This document shows positions 1 through 11,829 of a stretch of DNA of 64,000 nucleotides, piece by piece; within the stretch, counting starts at the first letter, position 1, and each line of letters opens with the position of its first letter. Location: contig OZ037772.1 in assembly GCA_964035545.1 (NCBI GenBank), forward strand, positions 9,479,150 through 9,543,149, written 5' to 3'. Below the pieces are notes generated by a model, which made no database searches, was not told the origin of the DNA, and was given only the letters and a program-made list of their open reading frames with translations. Origin of the DNA: Bugula neritina. Taxonomy: Eukaryota > Animalia > Bryozoa. The position numbers and the translations under genes are program-made.

Positions 1-462
1 GATTTTTAATTATTGACATTGTAGTAAGAAAAAATTTCAAATTATACTGTAACTTGTTAAAAGCAAGTATTTGCATTTAACTTGTATAATACACTGAATG
101 ATCATTTATTGCTTCCTGGCAAATTAGACTGTTTAAAAACAAAAAATTCCTTAAAATATGCAGACTAAGAAAATGAGAAAGAGAAAATGTCAATAATCAC
201 TTTGAACTCTCTAATAAAACATTATTTTCAAAATACAAGACGCTGTAGGAATTTTTGAAATAAAAACCCAAATATAAGTTGTAAGTTTAACACCACTGTA
301 GAATTTTGTGTTGATTTTATGCAACTAGAAATGCACAACTACAACATTTTCAATTACTCAAGGTATGTATGACTAGCGGAGATTAACTGAGTTCAGTTGC
401 TTCTTCTAACAGAATTTAAGATGCTTGTTCAAATATAAATATTCCTCACTACAGTAGGTACA

Positions 463-871
463 TTAGTAAGGTTTATATCTAGCGTTACAACTTTTAGTGT
501 GGGTATCATAATCGCACTTCTTTTTTGTTCTGTAGTCACATATGCGGCAGACATGTACATTTTCACAAGAGTGAGTAGCTATGTGTGTCTTGATGAAACG
601 TTTATTTGGTGTTTCAAATCTACACTGAAGGCATCTAAATTTGTAGGTTGTATCATCTGTAAACACGAAATAAAAAGAAAATTAAAACAGTTGATCTAGA
701 AATTGCAAAATTATAATTCAGTGTAAGCTGTTTATGATAATTTAAATTTACCCACCCACCCACTCACCCACCCACCCACTCACCCACTCACCCACCCACC
801 CACCCACTCACCCACCCACTCACCCACCCACCCACCCACTCACCCACTCACCCACCCACCCACTCACCCAA

Positions 872-902
<31 letters not shown>

Positions 903-3442
903 CACACAAAGATATGCACGCAGATCTACACTTTTGCTTCACCAAACACACACAAAGCACAAACATTCAAACTTATGCTGAAGATATGGTGAATCGGGGA
1001 AGATTTTTGTAAGTAGAAAAGTTGGTTATAATAATTATGCTACTTCAATTGTAATTTATTAGTTAAGAATAAATTGATGACTTACCATTAACTATAGTAA
1101 AAGCAGAAGAATTGATGGCTTCAGACCCTGAAGATGATGAAGTAGAACAAGTGGCATCTGCTTGTTCATTAGATGTTTGATCCTGCCTAGTAGAAGATGA
1201 GGTCTGTGAATAAGTCGGTTCTGTAAAATATCCAGGCATAGTAGAGTGGCTCTGGTTTACTACAGAGGTATATTGACTCTCATAATACTGGAAATTATGT
1301 GCTTGTCTGTCTGTCTGAAAGTTTGGTGGATGAGCATTATGGGTATAGGTTGGTAGAGTGGATGTCTGTAGTCTTTGAAAGTAATAGTTCTGGTGCATGT
1401 TCAGTAAATTCAATTGAAATGGTACCATAAATATATCAGGTGAAAACAAATTACTAAAGTTTCTTGAAGAAGCATTGTCCCTTACAACAGATTGAAGGTT
1501 TTCATTTGATGAAAGTGTCTGTTGATCTAATACTTGATTAATCTGGCTAAAGTTGGGTGAACTTCTAACATTCTGTTCCACAGAGGCTGCAGAAGGAGTA
1601 ACATGGCTTCTATGTCTTGGAGAATTGCCAACAAGTTGCATATTTCCGGCTCTTCTGCTCGTTTGTGAAATTTGTGACTGAATATGTTCTTCATAGGTTG
1701 GTAAGTGTGAACCATGTAAGAGACAATAATATTCAGACCATGTAGTAGTATTGTCTCTATCAGAACCTTGAATATTTACTCTTTCTGTGTTTCTCGGTTG
1801 AGATGACGAAGAAATCTCCTGGGAACCAGATGGTAGCTGGGATCTGTTTGTTGCTATTGACAGATCTAAAGGAAGTTCAGTGTTTTCTACATTCTCCACA
1901 TTTTCTTGTCTTGGATTTAGCGCTATAATGTCTTTATTTTCTAAAAAAAAGAGAACAAAAAATGTTGTTCAAGCTTATAGATATACCAACACCAAAACAT
2001 TGGTCCCAATCTTCAAATATTGAGATTTTCCAGGCGTCAAAAGATGGTGTGCAAAACCCAGTTCTTCAAATAATTAGGTTAAAGTTCAAATTCAAGATAT
2101 TTTGGACTTCCCCCCCAAACTGTTTGAAAAACTAAGATATTCCCCAAAAAGGTTCTAACCATGCAGCAGACAGTCTACTTTGTAAATCTCTGCACCTATA
2201 GTTTACTTTTATTGTAAATTTTAAAAAAAAGTACTTTACAAGCTGTACTCAAGTAGTATTAAAATGTGGTAATGAAAATTTGGTGCTTTCTATAACACTC
2301 TTCTCATTCTGTTTTTCTATATACTTGGTACTACTTCTGCAGTTTCTATAAAAACCATAGACATTTCTTTAAATTTTAAAATTGCTTTACTAAAATGTGT
2401 ATGCACTGTTAGTATTATTACCATCACTATCAGAACCTTGGATGTTTACTCTTTCTGTGTTTCTTGGTTGAGATGCTGAGTACATCTCCCGGTAACCAGA
2501 TGCCATCGACAGATCTAATGGTTGATCGGTTCTTACTATGAAGCTCTCCTCATTCTGTTCTATATTTAGCAATGATTCAGTGTTTCCTGTAAAGTAAATA
2601 AATCTGTCCTTAAAATTTATAATACTACTTGCATAATAATTTTACAATCATCACAAAAACTGTTTTAACTTCACTTTGGTATCGCCAATACATGCAGAGG
2701 GAAACAGGATAATGTAGCCTTCTCAGCTTATAGGTAGATAAAATTGTATGTATGGCAATTTTTTAACTTCGTTCAAGCATGTAAAGGTGTTGTTATAAAA
2801 CACTCTCTGTATGTTAAGCTGAAGTTAAAATTCAAAATCATTTGGAATTTGATTTGGAAATATTTGAAAAGCTGATAAACATGCTTTCACTAAACTGACT
2901 AACCAATCCACTTTCTACTCTGCAAAAATAATTAATTTAAACTGAGCCGCAATTAGAATTTATTTTCATTGCAAGGTTTTAATAAGAGTTATTCATAAAC
3001 TGTACTCAATTAGTTGCATTGATGTAGATTGGGTAAAATTCTCCCAAAGCAAACTGCTGAAAAAATCCTGTAAGATTGAGTATTCAAACAAAAAGATGTA
3101 GATGCAAATGACAGTTTATTTAAAAGTACTAACCCGAATCACTTCCAAGACTTGCTAGATCAGCATTTTGTTCAGAATCTTTGAGTTCATCATTAGAATT
3201 CTGCTCTTGTCTCATGCATTCTTCATCTGAAAATATAGCTCTGATGTTTTAGAATATAGTGTAGATTGTTGGAAATTAACTAATTAACTCAAATTTCAAA
3301 CTCTGTTAAACTTTATGACATAATCAACTTTCACCAATGTGCTATAGAAGAACAGAAGTTCAACACTTGCTATTACATTATCACACTATTTTAAGATATT
3401 AATAAAATTCAGTCTCTACTTACTTGACATATCATCTGCCAT
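463..3442 (-). CDS. Zinc-finger gene paralogue 1 (C2H2 + C2HC pair, two PLDLS motifs, C-terminal RYKPY)
   Basis: Predicted exons 3424-3442 (ATG GCA GAT GAT ATG TCA A|gtaag), 3134-3226, 2422-2586, 1086-1940, 463-656, all GT-AG and phase 1. Terminal exon CLQC...HIATH / CRIC...HTKSC then NARYKPY*. PLDLS at 2507-2521 and 1858-1872. Confidence 0.8.
751..908. repeat. (CCCA/CTCA)n-(CA)n compound microsatellite in the last intron of ZF paralogue 1
   Basis: Seen directly. Positionally homologous tracts at about 9272-9290, 12122-12225, 15327-15380, 15518-15580, 19310-19420 and 22740-22950. Confidence 0.9.
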
Positions 3443-3539
3443 TTTAAGTACAATTTAACGCTAAAAGTAAAGTAAAACTGCAAAGACTTTTGTGAAATAA
3501 TTCAATTTTTATACTTTGAATACAACATTGTAGATTCTC

Positions 3540-3640
3540 TGTAGCCCTTTATATATATTTTAGGATATAACTAATATCTGTTGAACAAAGAAAGCTATTG
3601 CAGAAGCATTATATAGCCAGCTTGTATTAAACCATTTTAG
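3540..3640 (-). promoter_or_regulatory. Conserved upstream block of the ZF genes (TATA-like TATATAAA plus AAGCTAT...AGCCAGCTT motif)
   Basis: TATATAAA on the minus strand about 110 nt upstream of the ATG. The same block recurs near 6400-6480, 10575-10680, 13735-13850, 17395-17510, 21235-21340 and, motif only, 25885-25930. Function is inferred, and the similarity may reflect duplication only. Confidence 0.45.
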
Positions 3641-4428
3641 ATATATACATACTAAGCTAGAAGTTTTTTATGTCAGCTGTTGAAGCTTTTATATTTTATA
3701 CTAAAATCAAGTAATAGTACGTCTTATCCTCTTATGCATATTATACTTTGTTTAGAAATGAAAGCACATCAAACAGTTTATTTTCACTCACAAGTCAAAG
3801 GTGGTGCTTTATCTAACCAACATCAATAGGTGTAACAATATTTGCAAATCATGATGCAATCCTTCAAAATATTTTGTTGTAAGTTATTGAAACTGCAAAA
3901 ACTCCTTTTGAAAAAAATGCATATTTAGTTTTAAAAAATTGAGGTTGAGTTATTTGATGACCTTATTTAGTATTGGCTGATCAAAGATGGTTTACTTGTT
4001 TTCTGTATCATAGTTGCTCGGTTTTTAAATTAATTCTGAAATCTTAAAGTTTTTATACTACAAAACTACCACCATAGAAAATAAGTGCATTAAAAAATGG
4101 ATATAAAAATAAGTAATGACAGTGAACTGATTTATTAAAATGAGTCCGTGAATACTATTAAAGCACCAATACCTTAAAAGTATAAAACTTATTAACTAAG
4201 AACCACAGTCTAATTTTGTTTATGCTTAATAAAAGATATTCACACAAATCTGCACGGATTAAAAACAATATAATTTATATGATTTAAATTCTTGTTCAGG
4301 TGAATGTTTTTTAGGTAAAAAAAGTAATACTGTAATTAGGGAAGTATGTTTAAACTGTTTAAATCCAAAGAGCTATTCATATTTAGAATTTAGAATTTTT
4401 TAAATAAAAGATCTTTGTGTAAAACAAT

Positions 4429-6280
4429 TTAAGGCTTTCTAACTTTTCGTGATTTAATGCTCCATTGATGCATCTTGTAATGCATGTTCAAAGTGTTCTT
4501 ATTTAAATATTCTCTACCACAGTGGATGCATTTGTAAATCTTTATTCCTTCGTGACTTTCCCTGAAATGACTGTAAAGACTGGACCTTTCTTGTACTCTG
4601 TAGTCGCATAAATGACAAACATGTACATTTATCAATGAGTGAGTTGCTGTATGAAAGTTGATATGGCTTTCATCTGATGACTCATATCTACACTGAAGGC
4701 ATTTCCATGTCCTAGTTGTGTGATCTGTGAAAATGAAATACATGGAAACAAACTATAATCAAGAAGAGAAGGGCAAGAAAATTGTTACTTAATTTATATA
4801 TGTATACGCATTGATTGCATACTATGCATGACATTTTATTTTGAGTGCATAGTTGTGTGTATATTTTGTCATCTATGATATTAGAAAAGTACTCTACCAT
4901 AACTTGGAGTAGAAGTCAAATCAATGGTGGCTCCGGACAGTGAAGTTGATGGAGTGGAGTGAATCTCATCTCTCCTTTGATTGGATGTTAGATTCCGTGG
5001 AGTAGAAGATTGAATCTGTAAACGAGTTGGTTGTTTGAAGATTTTAGGCAGAGTAGAGTGATTCTGATTTACTGTAGAGGTAATCTGTTTATCTACAACC
5101 TGGAGGAATTCAGTTTCTCTGTTTGTTTCCGGGCTTGTTGATTGACTGGGTTGGCTACCAGATGCTAACTGTCGATCCAGCTGTGTTGTTGGAAGTGCTG
5201 TTTTGGAAATACTCTGAATAAGATATTTTGCCTCATCTATTATAGGATCTGCAATATAGAAGAACATCAAATTTTAGATATTACTATCAAGTGGTGACAA
5301 TACAATTATATGCACTGAATTATTCCAACTGCATACTACAAAATTACTGAAATCCTGCACCTTAACAAACAGGCTAAAACAGTATTTCACATATATCTTT
5401 CCCATTGTCACCTAGTTGCTGCAATGGCTGCTTCAACTACATGTTAAATTTTAAAAATTGCCTTTGCTTTCTATTTTAAATGCTTTTTTAAAGCATTGTT
5501 CATCATGAGAAAATTACTAAAAAGTTAACTATAGCTAATGGTTGTAAAAATTGTATCGAAAAATCATGTATATCACTCTAAACCATAAAACAGTGCTCAA
5601 GCAAGATAATATCAGTTAATTCAAGTTCACCACAAACATGCAAACCTGTGTCAGTTGTCACTTTGTCTGAGTCTTTATCTGAATAACTGTTCCTGAGATC
5701 TTGTGTGAAATCCTCATCTTCTTGCTGGGCTCTTCCTTCATCTGAAAAGTAAATGTTTACATCTCTAAAAGTGCTGTTTACTCTGTACAACAAAAGTTGA
5801 AAGTTATAATGAGAATTAATTGTGAAGTAATGCAAATATATTTATAAAACCTTTGCCCCTCCATTGGGATTCTAACTCAAGACATGCAACTTGCAAACAG
5901 GCTATGGCACAACAAGGGCTGTGTACTTAATGAACTTTGTAACAATACAAAAGCTTTCATTTCAGATAGAAATTGGCAATTGAGTTTTGTTACTGAAGCT
6001 TTTAACATCAAAACTTTTTTTATAAATTTTCTTTCTTTTAAAGTGGGTTTTTTATAATACAAAGTTTTATGAAATTTTTTTTTCTACATAAAGTGTCTGT
6101 AGCATTAAAATAGTTTCGCATAAAGATAAATTAAGTTTACATGAAATACAATTACTGATACACCAATTACCAGAACGTACTAACTTTATTTATGGTTATA
6201 TTTTAGATAATTTACATCATATTATTCTAAGAATTTACTAGAATACAGTCACTCTACTTACTTGACATATTATCTACCAT
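4429..6280 (-). CDS. Zinc-finger gene paralogue 2 (divergent; three intact C2H2 fingers)
   Basis: Predicted exons 6262-6280, 5646-5741, 4898-5248, 4429-4724. Terminal exon has CLQC..HTATH, CHLC..HFRESH and CIHC..HYKMH. Confidence 0.8.
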
Positions 6281-6717
6281 CCCAAGTACAACTCAACACT
6301 AAAGGTGAAATGAAACTGCAAGACAAGCTGTAACACAGCTTTGTCTGCATTTTGAACATATAACAAGATGGTAGATTATCATTTAATATGTAATAAGTAG
6401 TGGCAAAAAAGCAGCACAAAAGCTATTTTAAACACATTTTATAAAGCCACCTTTTATCAAACCAATTTATTCATATGCTTGTGCTGGACTAGAAGTTAGT
6501 TTTCATTTATGGCTACAAATCCTATATTTTACTAAAATCAAGTGTTGATTTTAATGTTTTGTATATTCTATGCAAGAGGTGTGAAATTCTAATTGGTTTA
6601 CAGCAAATATCAATAAAAACTCTTCATAAATTTATAACAGACATGCTAGCCTTTTATGCAGAAACTGTGCTTCTAAAAATAGTATTAGATAATGAAACTG
6701 TTGTTTGGAATCTCAAA

Positions 6718-6880
6718 GCCCCTGTAGCGTAATTGCTTATCCAGCCCTGCTTGCAAGCCGGAGGTCTGTGGTTTGAATTTCAGTGGGGGGGCAATTATTT
6801 TACGGAAACTATAACAACCAGTTGCTTAACACTTACAGATATGACTTAGATGCTCACTGTATGACCTGAAATAATTAAAA
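6718..6880 (+). mobile_element. tRNA-derived SINE, family 2 (degenerate)
   Basis: tRNA-like head GCCCCTGTAGCGTAATTG...TTGCAAGCCGGAGGTCTGTGGTTTGAAT with A- and B-box-like motifs; homologous copy at about 17748-17910. Confidence 0.5.
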
Positions 6881-7019
6881 AAAGCACTTTATACAGAAGT
6901 TCAAAGAATAATTAGAACTGTTAGAGATATCGACACTTTTTATAATTTTATTTGCCTAGGAGTATATTTAAACTTCAGTACAAACTAAAAATCTTGGATT
7001 ATTCAATATACATGTTTTC

Positions 7020-7330
7020 GGCATGAAAGCTTTGAGCATAAGCAAAGAGATTGTTGGCTAAAGACAGTGAAGATGAGGAAATGGAGTGAATGTCATCTGC
7101 ATGTTGACTGGCTGTTAGATTATGTTAAATGTGTGAATGAATTGGTTGTGTAGAGAGTCCAGACAGAGTGGAATGACTCTGAGGGACTGTCTGTTAAAGC
7201 TAACCTAAAGGTTATCAGTTCTTCTGCTTGTTACTTGACCTGTTGATTGACTGGATCGGCTACCAGATGGTAAGTGTTGATCCAGCTGTGTTATTTTGGA
7301 AGCTTTGTTCTAGAGCTTCACTCTTGATTT
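7020..7330 (-). pseudogene. Decayed relic of a paralogue-2-type long exon
   Basis: Similar to 4898-5248 (e.g. GGCTACCAGATG...GATCCAGCTGTGTT) with stops and indels. Shorter relics at about 11010-11150, 14180-14340 and 21660-21760. Confidence 0.55.
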
Positions 7331-7459
7331 GCTGGCAATTTTTCACAATTCATCCATGGAGGTATAATACCTGTTCAATAGTTATGGCTTTGTAAAAAGC
7401 ACCTTTCTAACAGGTGCTATCACGTGGTTGGTGGCTAGACCAAAGGGATTATTACTTAG

Positions 7460-7661
7460 GCGAGTTTATAGTCACCTTCAAGGTGTTCTTACAAAAACCG
7501 CTGATGGAAAAATTGTTTTGTGAAATCGGCTTAAGGATTTTTTCAGATGTGGCACAGGAGCAATTATGACTGGATGCTCTTCCTAACATCACCAATAGCC
7601 TTTGTCTGAGCTCGAACCTATGACCTCCGTGTTCGCTCTAACCCCTAGACTAAGGCTGCCC
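7460..7661 (-). mobile_element. tRNA-derived SINE, family 1
   Basis: Reverse complement of the family 1 consensus: A box, B box, ATTGGTGATGTTAGGAAGAGCATCCAGTCATAATTGCTCCTGT core and GTGACTATAAAC tail. Confidence 0.85.
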
Positions 7662-8339
7662 ATGCAATTGGGTATTGAACAGGTTTATTCTAATAATGTT
7701 TCAGAAACTTACCATGAGTGTTTGTGAGAATAATAACAAATATGTAATACTTGGATATAATGATTTCTCATTTATTGACATTGTATTTAACTAGTATTGC
7801 AACTTCAGAAGAGCATGTATTTGCATATAACTTGTACTGAATGATAGTTTGTTGTTTCCTGACAATCTACACTGTTTAATAACACAAGATTCTGTAAAAA
7901 TTGCAGACTAAAGAAAATCTAAAAGAAAAAGTGTCCATAATTAGAAGACTATAAACTATCTTTGAGATTTTAAAACATTTTTTCTATTATAACTTTATTT
8001 TCAAAAAAACTAAAGGCTGTAAGAATTCAAAAATTAAAATATATCCATGCTTACTTTTGAAAAGCTATTTAGTCAGTTTAAGACACTTTTTTAACAGGAA
8101 TATGTAGCTAATGTTAATCTATAAACCAGCAACATTAGAATTATTAGCTCATGAAAGGTGTATAATTTCATGTTGATTAACTATGCAACTATAGAAATGC
8201 ACAAGTATATGACATCTTCAAATACTCAAGGTATGTTTGACAAGCTGAAATTGACTGAGCTCATTTGTTTCTTCTGGTGAGATTTAAGATCCTTGTTCAG
8301 ATAGTAATTGTATAACTATTCCTCACTACAGTAGTTACA

Positions 8340-10473
8340 TTAATAAGGTTTATATCTATTGTTACAACAACTAGTATGGCGCTCATAATCCCACTTTCTT
8401 CTTGTTCTGTAGCCACATTTACTGCAGACATGTACATTTTTACCAGAGTGAGAAGCAATGTGTGTCTTAATGAAAGATACATTTGATGTCTTGAATCTAC
8501 ACCGAGGGCATTTCCATTTTCCTGTTCTATTGTCTGTAGACCCAAAAAACAGTAAAATTTACATTTACAGTTTCTTATATAATATGAAGGTTACAAAATC
8601 ATATTTCTATGTTTCAGAACTGATTATGGTAACTTATGCTTACAGACACACACCCACACACACACACTCACAAACCCACGGATCTAGGAAAAATGTTTTG
8701 TATGTACAAAAGTAGCTGTTATATAAAAGCTGTTATACATACCAATAAATAACTTACTTTAAATGTAATTTGAGTATAGTCAAAAATAAATGGATAAATT
8801 ACCATAGTGTTGAGTAAAATCAGAGGGATCAGCTGGTGGACACTGTAAACTGGATGGAGTGGAGTGAATCTCAATTGTCTGTTGATTGGCTGTCGCATTC
8901 TGTAGAGTCTGTGAATGAGTGGGCTGTGTGGGGAGTCCAGCCAGAGTAGAGTGGCTCTGATTTACTGCAGAAGTATTTTCACTATTCTTTGTAACATGAC
9001 ATTTTTTAATATGATCCTCATAACTATGTTTCGTTTTTGTTCGGTAGTCACATATGCTGCAGACATGTACATTTTCATCAGAGTGAGTAGCAATGTGTGT
9101 CTTGATGAAAGCTATATTTGGTGTCTCAAATCTACACTGAAGGCATCTAAATTTGAGAGTTCCGCTATCTGTAAACGCAAAATAAAATAGAAACTTGAAA
9201 TAGTTGATATATAGATATTGCAAAATCATAATTCATTGTTTAAAAGTGGTTTATGATAATTTAAATTTAAACACCCACCCACACACACACAAATCTAGAG
9301 AGATCCACACGGATCCACACGGATTCACACAAACTTAAACTTTACCACTTTACAAAACACACCTAAACTTACACTAAAGATAGGACAAATCAGAGAAAAT
9401 AATATGTTTTGTAAGTATAAAAGTAGTTATACAATGATCATTTTACTTTAATTGTACTTTAGTTAGTCAAGAATAAATAGATAACTTACCATAATGTTGA
9501 GTAAAGGCAGAGAAATTTTTGGCTTCAGACCGTGAAGATGAGGGAGTAGAATGAGTCGCATTTGCTTGTTCATTGAATGTTAGATCTTTCTGAGCAGGTG
9601 AATGAGTTAGTTGTGTAGAGATTTCAAGCAGATTAGAGTGGCTTTCAATTTTAGCAGAAGTATTTTCACTGTCAGAAAACTGGAAACTTTCTGCTTCTGT
9701 GTTAATCCCTTGTATATTTCCTAAATAGATGTCTTGATCATGAGTTAGTAAATTGTCTGTCTGCAGATGTGGTAGGGAATAACTTTCATCAATAAATGGC
9801 AAATTTGATTGATATGATAAAAATTGAAAGTTTTCATTCAACTGGTATGTTTGTGGATTTAGTGGCTGATCATTTTGGTCAGATACTGGCGATGCTCCAA
9901 GAACTTCCTCTAAAGAGGTTTCAGTCAATTTGCCTCCATGTGTTGCTGAATTGCCAGTAATTTTATTACTTTGCATACCTCGAGTTCTTGCGCTGGTCTG
10001 TGGTTCTGATGGTTGAATGTTCTGTTCATAGTTTGGTGAATGTAACTCGGGTGAAATAAAACGACTCAGTTCAGACACTTCGGCATCAATGTCTCTATCA
10101 AGAAGATCTTCTATGCCCTCTAGTTCTGTACTTGTTGCACAGGGATGAGTTGTTGCCTGAGTTTCTTTAAAACCTGATGATAGATGCAGAGTGTCTGGTG
10201 CCATTGACATATCTGTTGGGAGTTGTGTGCTTTCTGAATTTTCTGCACATTGCTCTTCTAGAGTTAGCACTGGTTCTACAGGTTTTAAAAAAACATTTAA
10301 TATGTGTCTCCAACTCATAAGTTAGTAATTGCTACAAGAAAATCAACCTTTACCATTGTACACCATTATAGAGCTAAACTGTATTGCTCACTACAGCAAA
10401 ATATGTACCACTTAATATTATAAGAATTTACTAGAATACAGCCACTCTACTTACTTGACATTCCATCTGCCAT
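8340..10473 (-). CDS. Zinc-finger gene paralogue 3 (chimeric; two finger pairs, four fingers)
   Basis: Predicted exons 10455-10473, 9490-10275, 8803-9168 (finger pair fused to linker tail), 8340-8533 (WKCPRC..HIASH / CSKC..HTSCC NNRYKPY*, a frame not shown in the ORF track). The 93-nt acidic exon 2 is absent. Confidence 0.7.
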
Positions 10474-11829
10474 CTTAAGTACAACTAGACACTAAAAGTA
10501 AAATGTAACCGTATAGTCTTTCTGTAACAAGGTTTTGCCTGCACTTTCCATATAAGGTTGTGAACTCTTTTTTTCTCTTTTTATATACTATTTCAAGATG
10601 TGGTGAATAATTCCCAGAAGGCAAGAAAGCTATCGTAAAAGCCCTCCATCTAGCCAGCTTTTATCAAACCAATTTATTCATACATGTGCTAAACTAGAAG
10701 TGATTTTTAATTGAATAGCAAAAAATATCATCATATTTTATTAAAATCAGGTGACACTTTTAGTGTTTAGTATATATCATATATGCACGAAGTTTGAGAT
10801 TCTAATTTGTTTACGGCAATTCTCAATAAAAAACTCTTCACAACTTTAAAAGTGACATGTTAGCCTTTATGCAGAAACTGTGCTTCTAAAAATAGTATTA
10901 GATAATGAAACTGTTGTTTGGAATCCCGAAGCCCCTGTAGCCTATTGAACTAAACAAATTGGAACACATTAAAAGTTTTCTGGATGACAAATATAACATG
11001 TTTAGAGTATAAGCAGAGATATTGCTGGCTGCAGACAGTGAAGATGAAGAAATGGAGTGAATCTCATCTCTCTGTTGATTGGATGCTAGATGTTGTTGAC
11101 TGGCAAACAAAACTAGTTAGTTATGTGAAGAGTATAGGCAGAGTAGAGTGTTTATATTTACACAATTCATGCATGAAAGTAAAATATTTTTAATGGTTAT
11201 TAAAAATAACTTTTGTACCAGGAGTTCTCACATGGATGGTGGCTATAGAGCAAAGTGAATATTGGACTATATTTATTCCAATCATGTTTCAGAGACTTAC
11301 CATGAGTGTGTGATATTGAGAACACTAACTAAACGTATATATTGATACAGTTTTTTCTTATTTATTAATGTTGCATTAGAATATTAAAAAGTTTTTACTA
11401 GTATTGCAACTTAAAAAGAGCTTGGACATTTTTATTTAACTTGTATCAAATGATTATTTGCTGTTTCATGACAATTTAAACTGTTTAAAAACACAAGAGT
11501 CCTTAAAAATTGCACACTAAAGAGAAAAGATTTTCAGTAATCACCAGACTATGAACTTTATATTGGACATGTTAAAACATCATTTTCAGACAACTAAAAG
11601 CGTTAGGAACTTAAAAAATAAAAATAAAAACATGAGTAAAAATTATAAGCGCAACACCACTGTAGAATGTTGTGTCAAGTCTATGCAACCTGAAATGTAC
11701 AACTACAACATTTTCAATTACTCATTGTATGTATGTTTAGAGGAGATTAACTGAGTTCATTTGCTTCTTCTGACAAGATTTAAGATGCTTGTTCAGATAT
11801 AAAGATTCCTCAGCACTACAGTAGGTACA

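Noticed and set aside
463-465. Variant genetic code (TAA reassigned) to explain the shared stop
   Set aside because: Hemicentin exons show no in-frame TAA/TAG over thousands of codons and end in a normal TAA.
499-699. Plus-strand ORFs over ZF exons (also 8915-9190, 18949-19158, 22491-22688)
   Set aside because: Antisense shadows of the ZF coding exons; they recur only because the exons are duplicated.
7700-7725. Conserved (A/G)TG|GTAAG donor in spacers (also near 11300, 14505, 21930) as first exon of a separate gene
   Set aside because: Downstream sequence has only frameshifted relics; better explained as the remnant donor of a decayed paralogue.
8297-8545. 82-aa ORF suggesting a frameshifted pseudogene
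   Set aside because: Wrong frame; another frame gives an intact ZF exon at 8340-8533.
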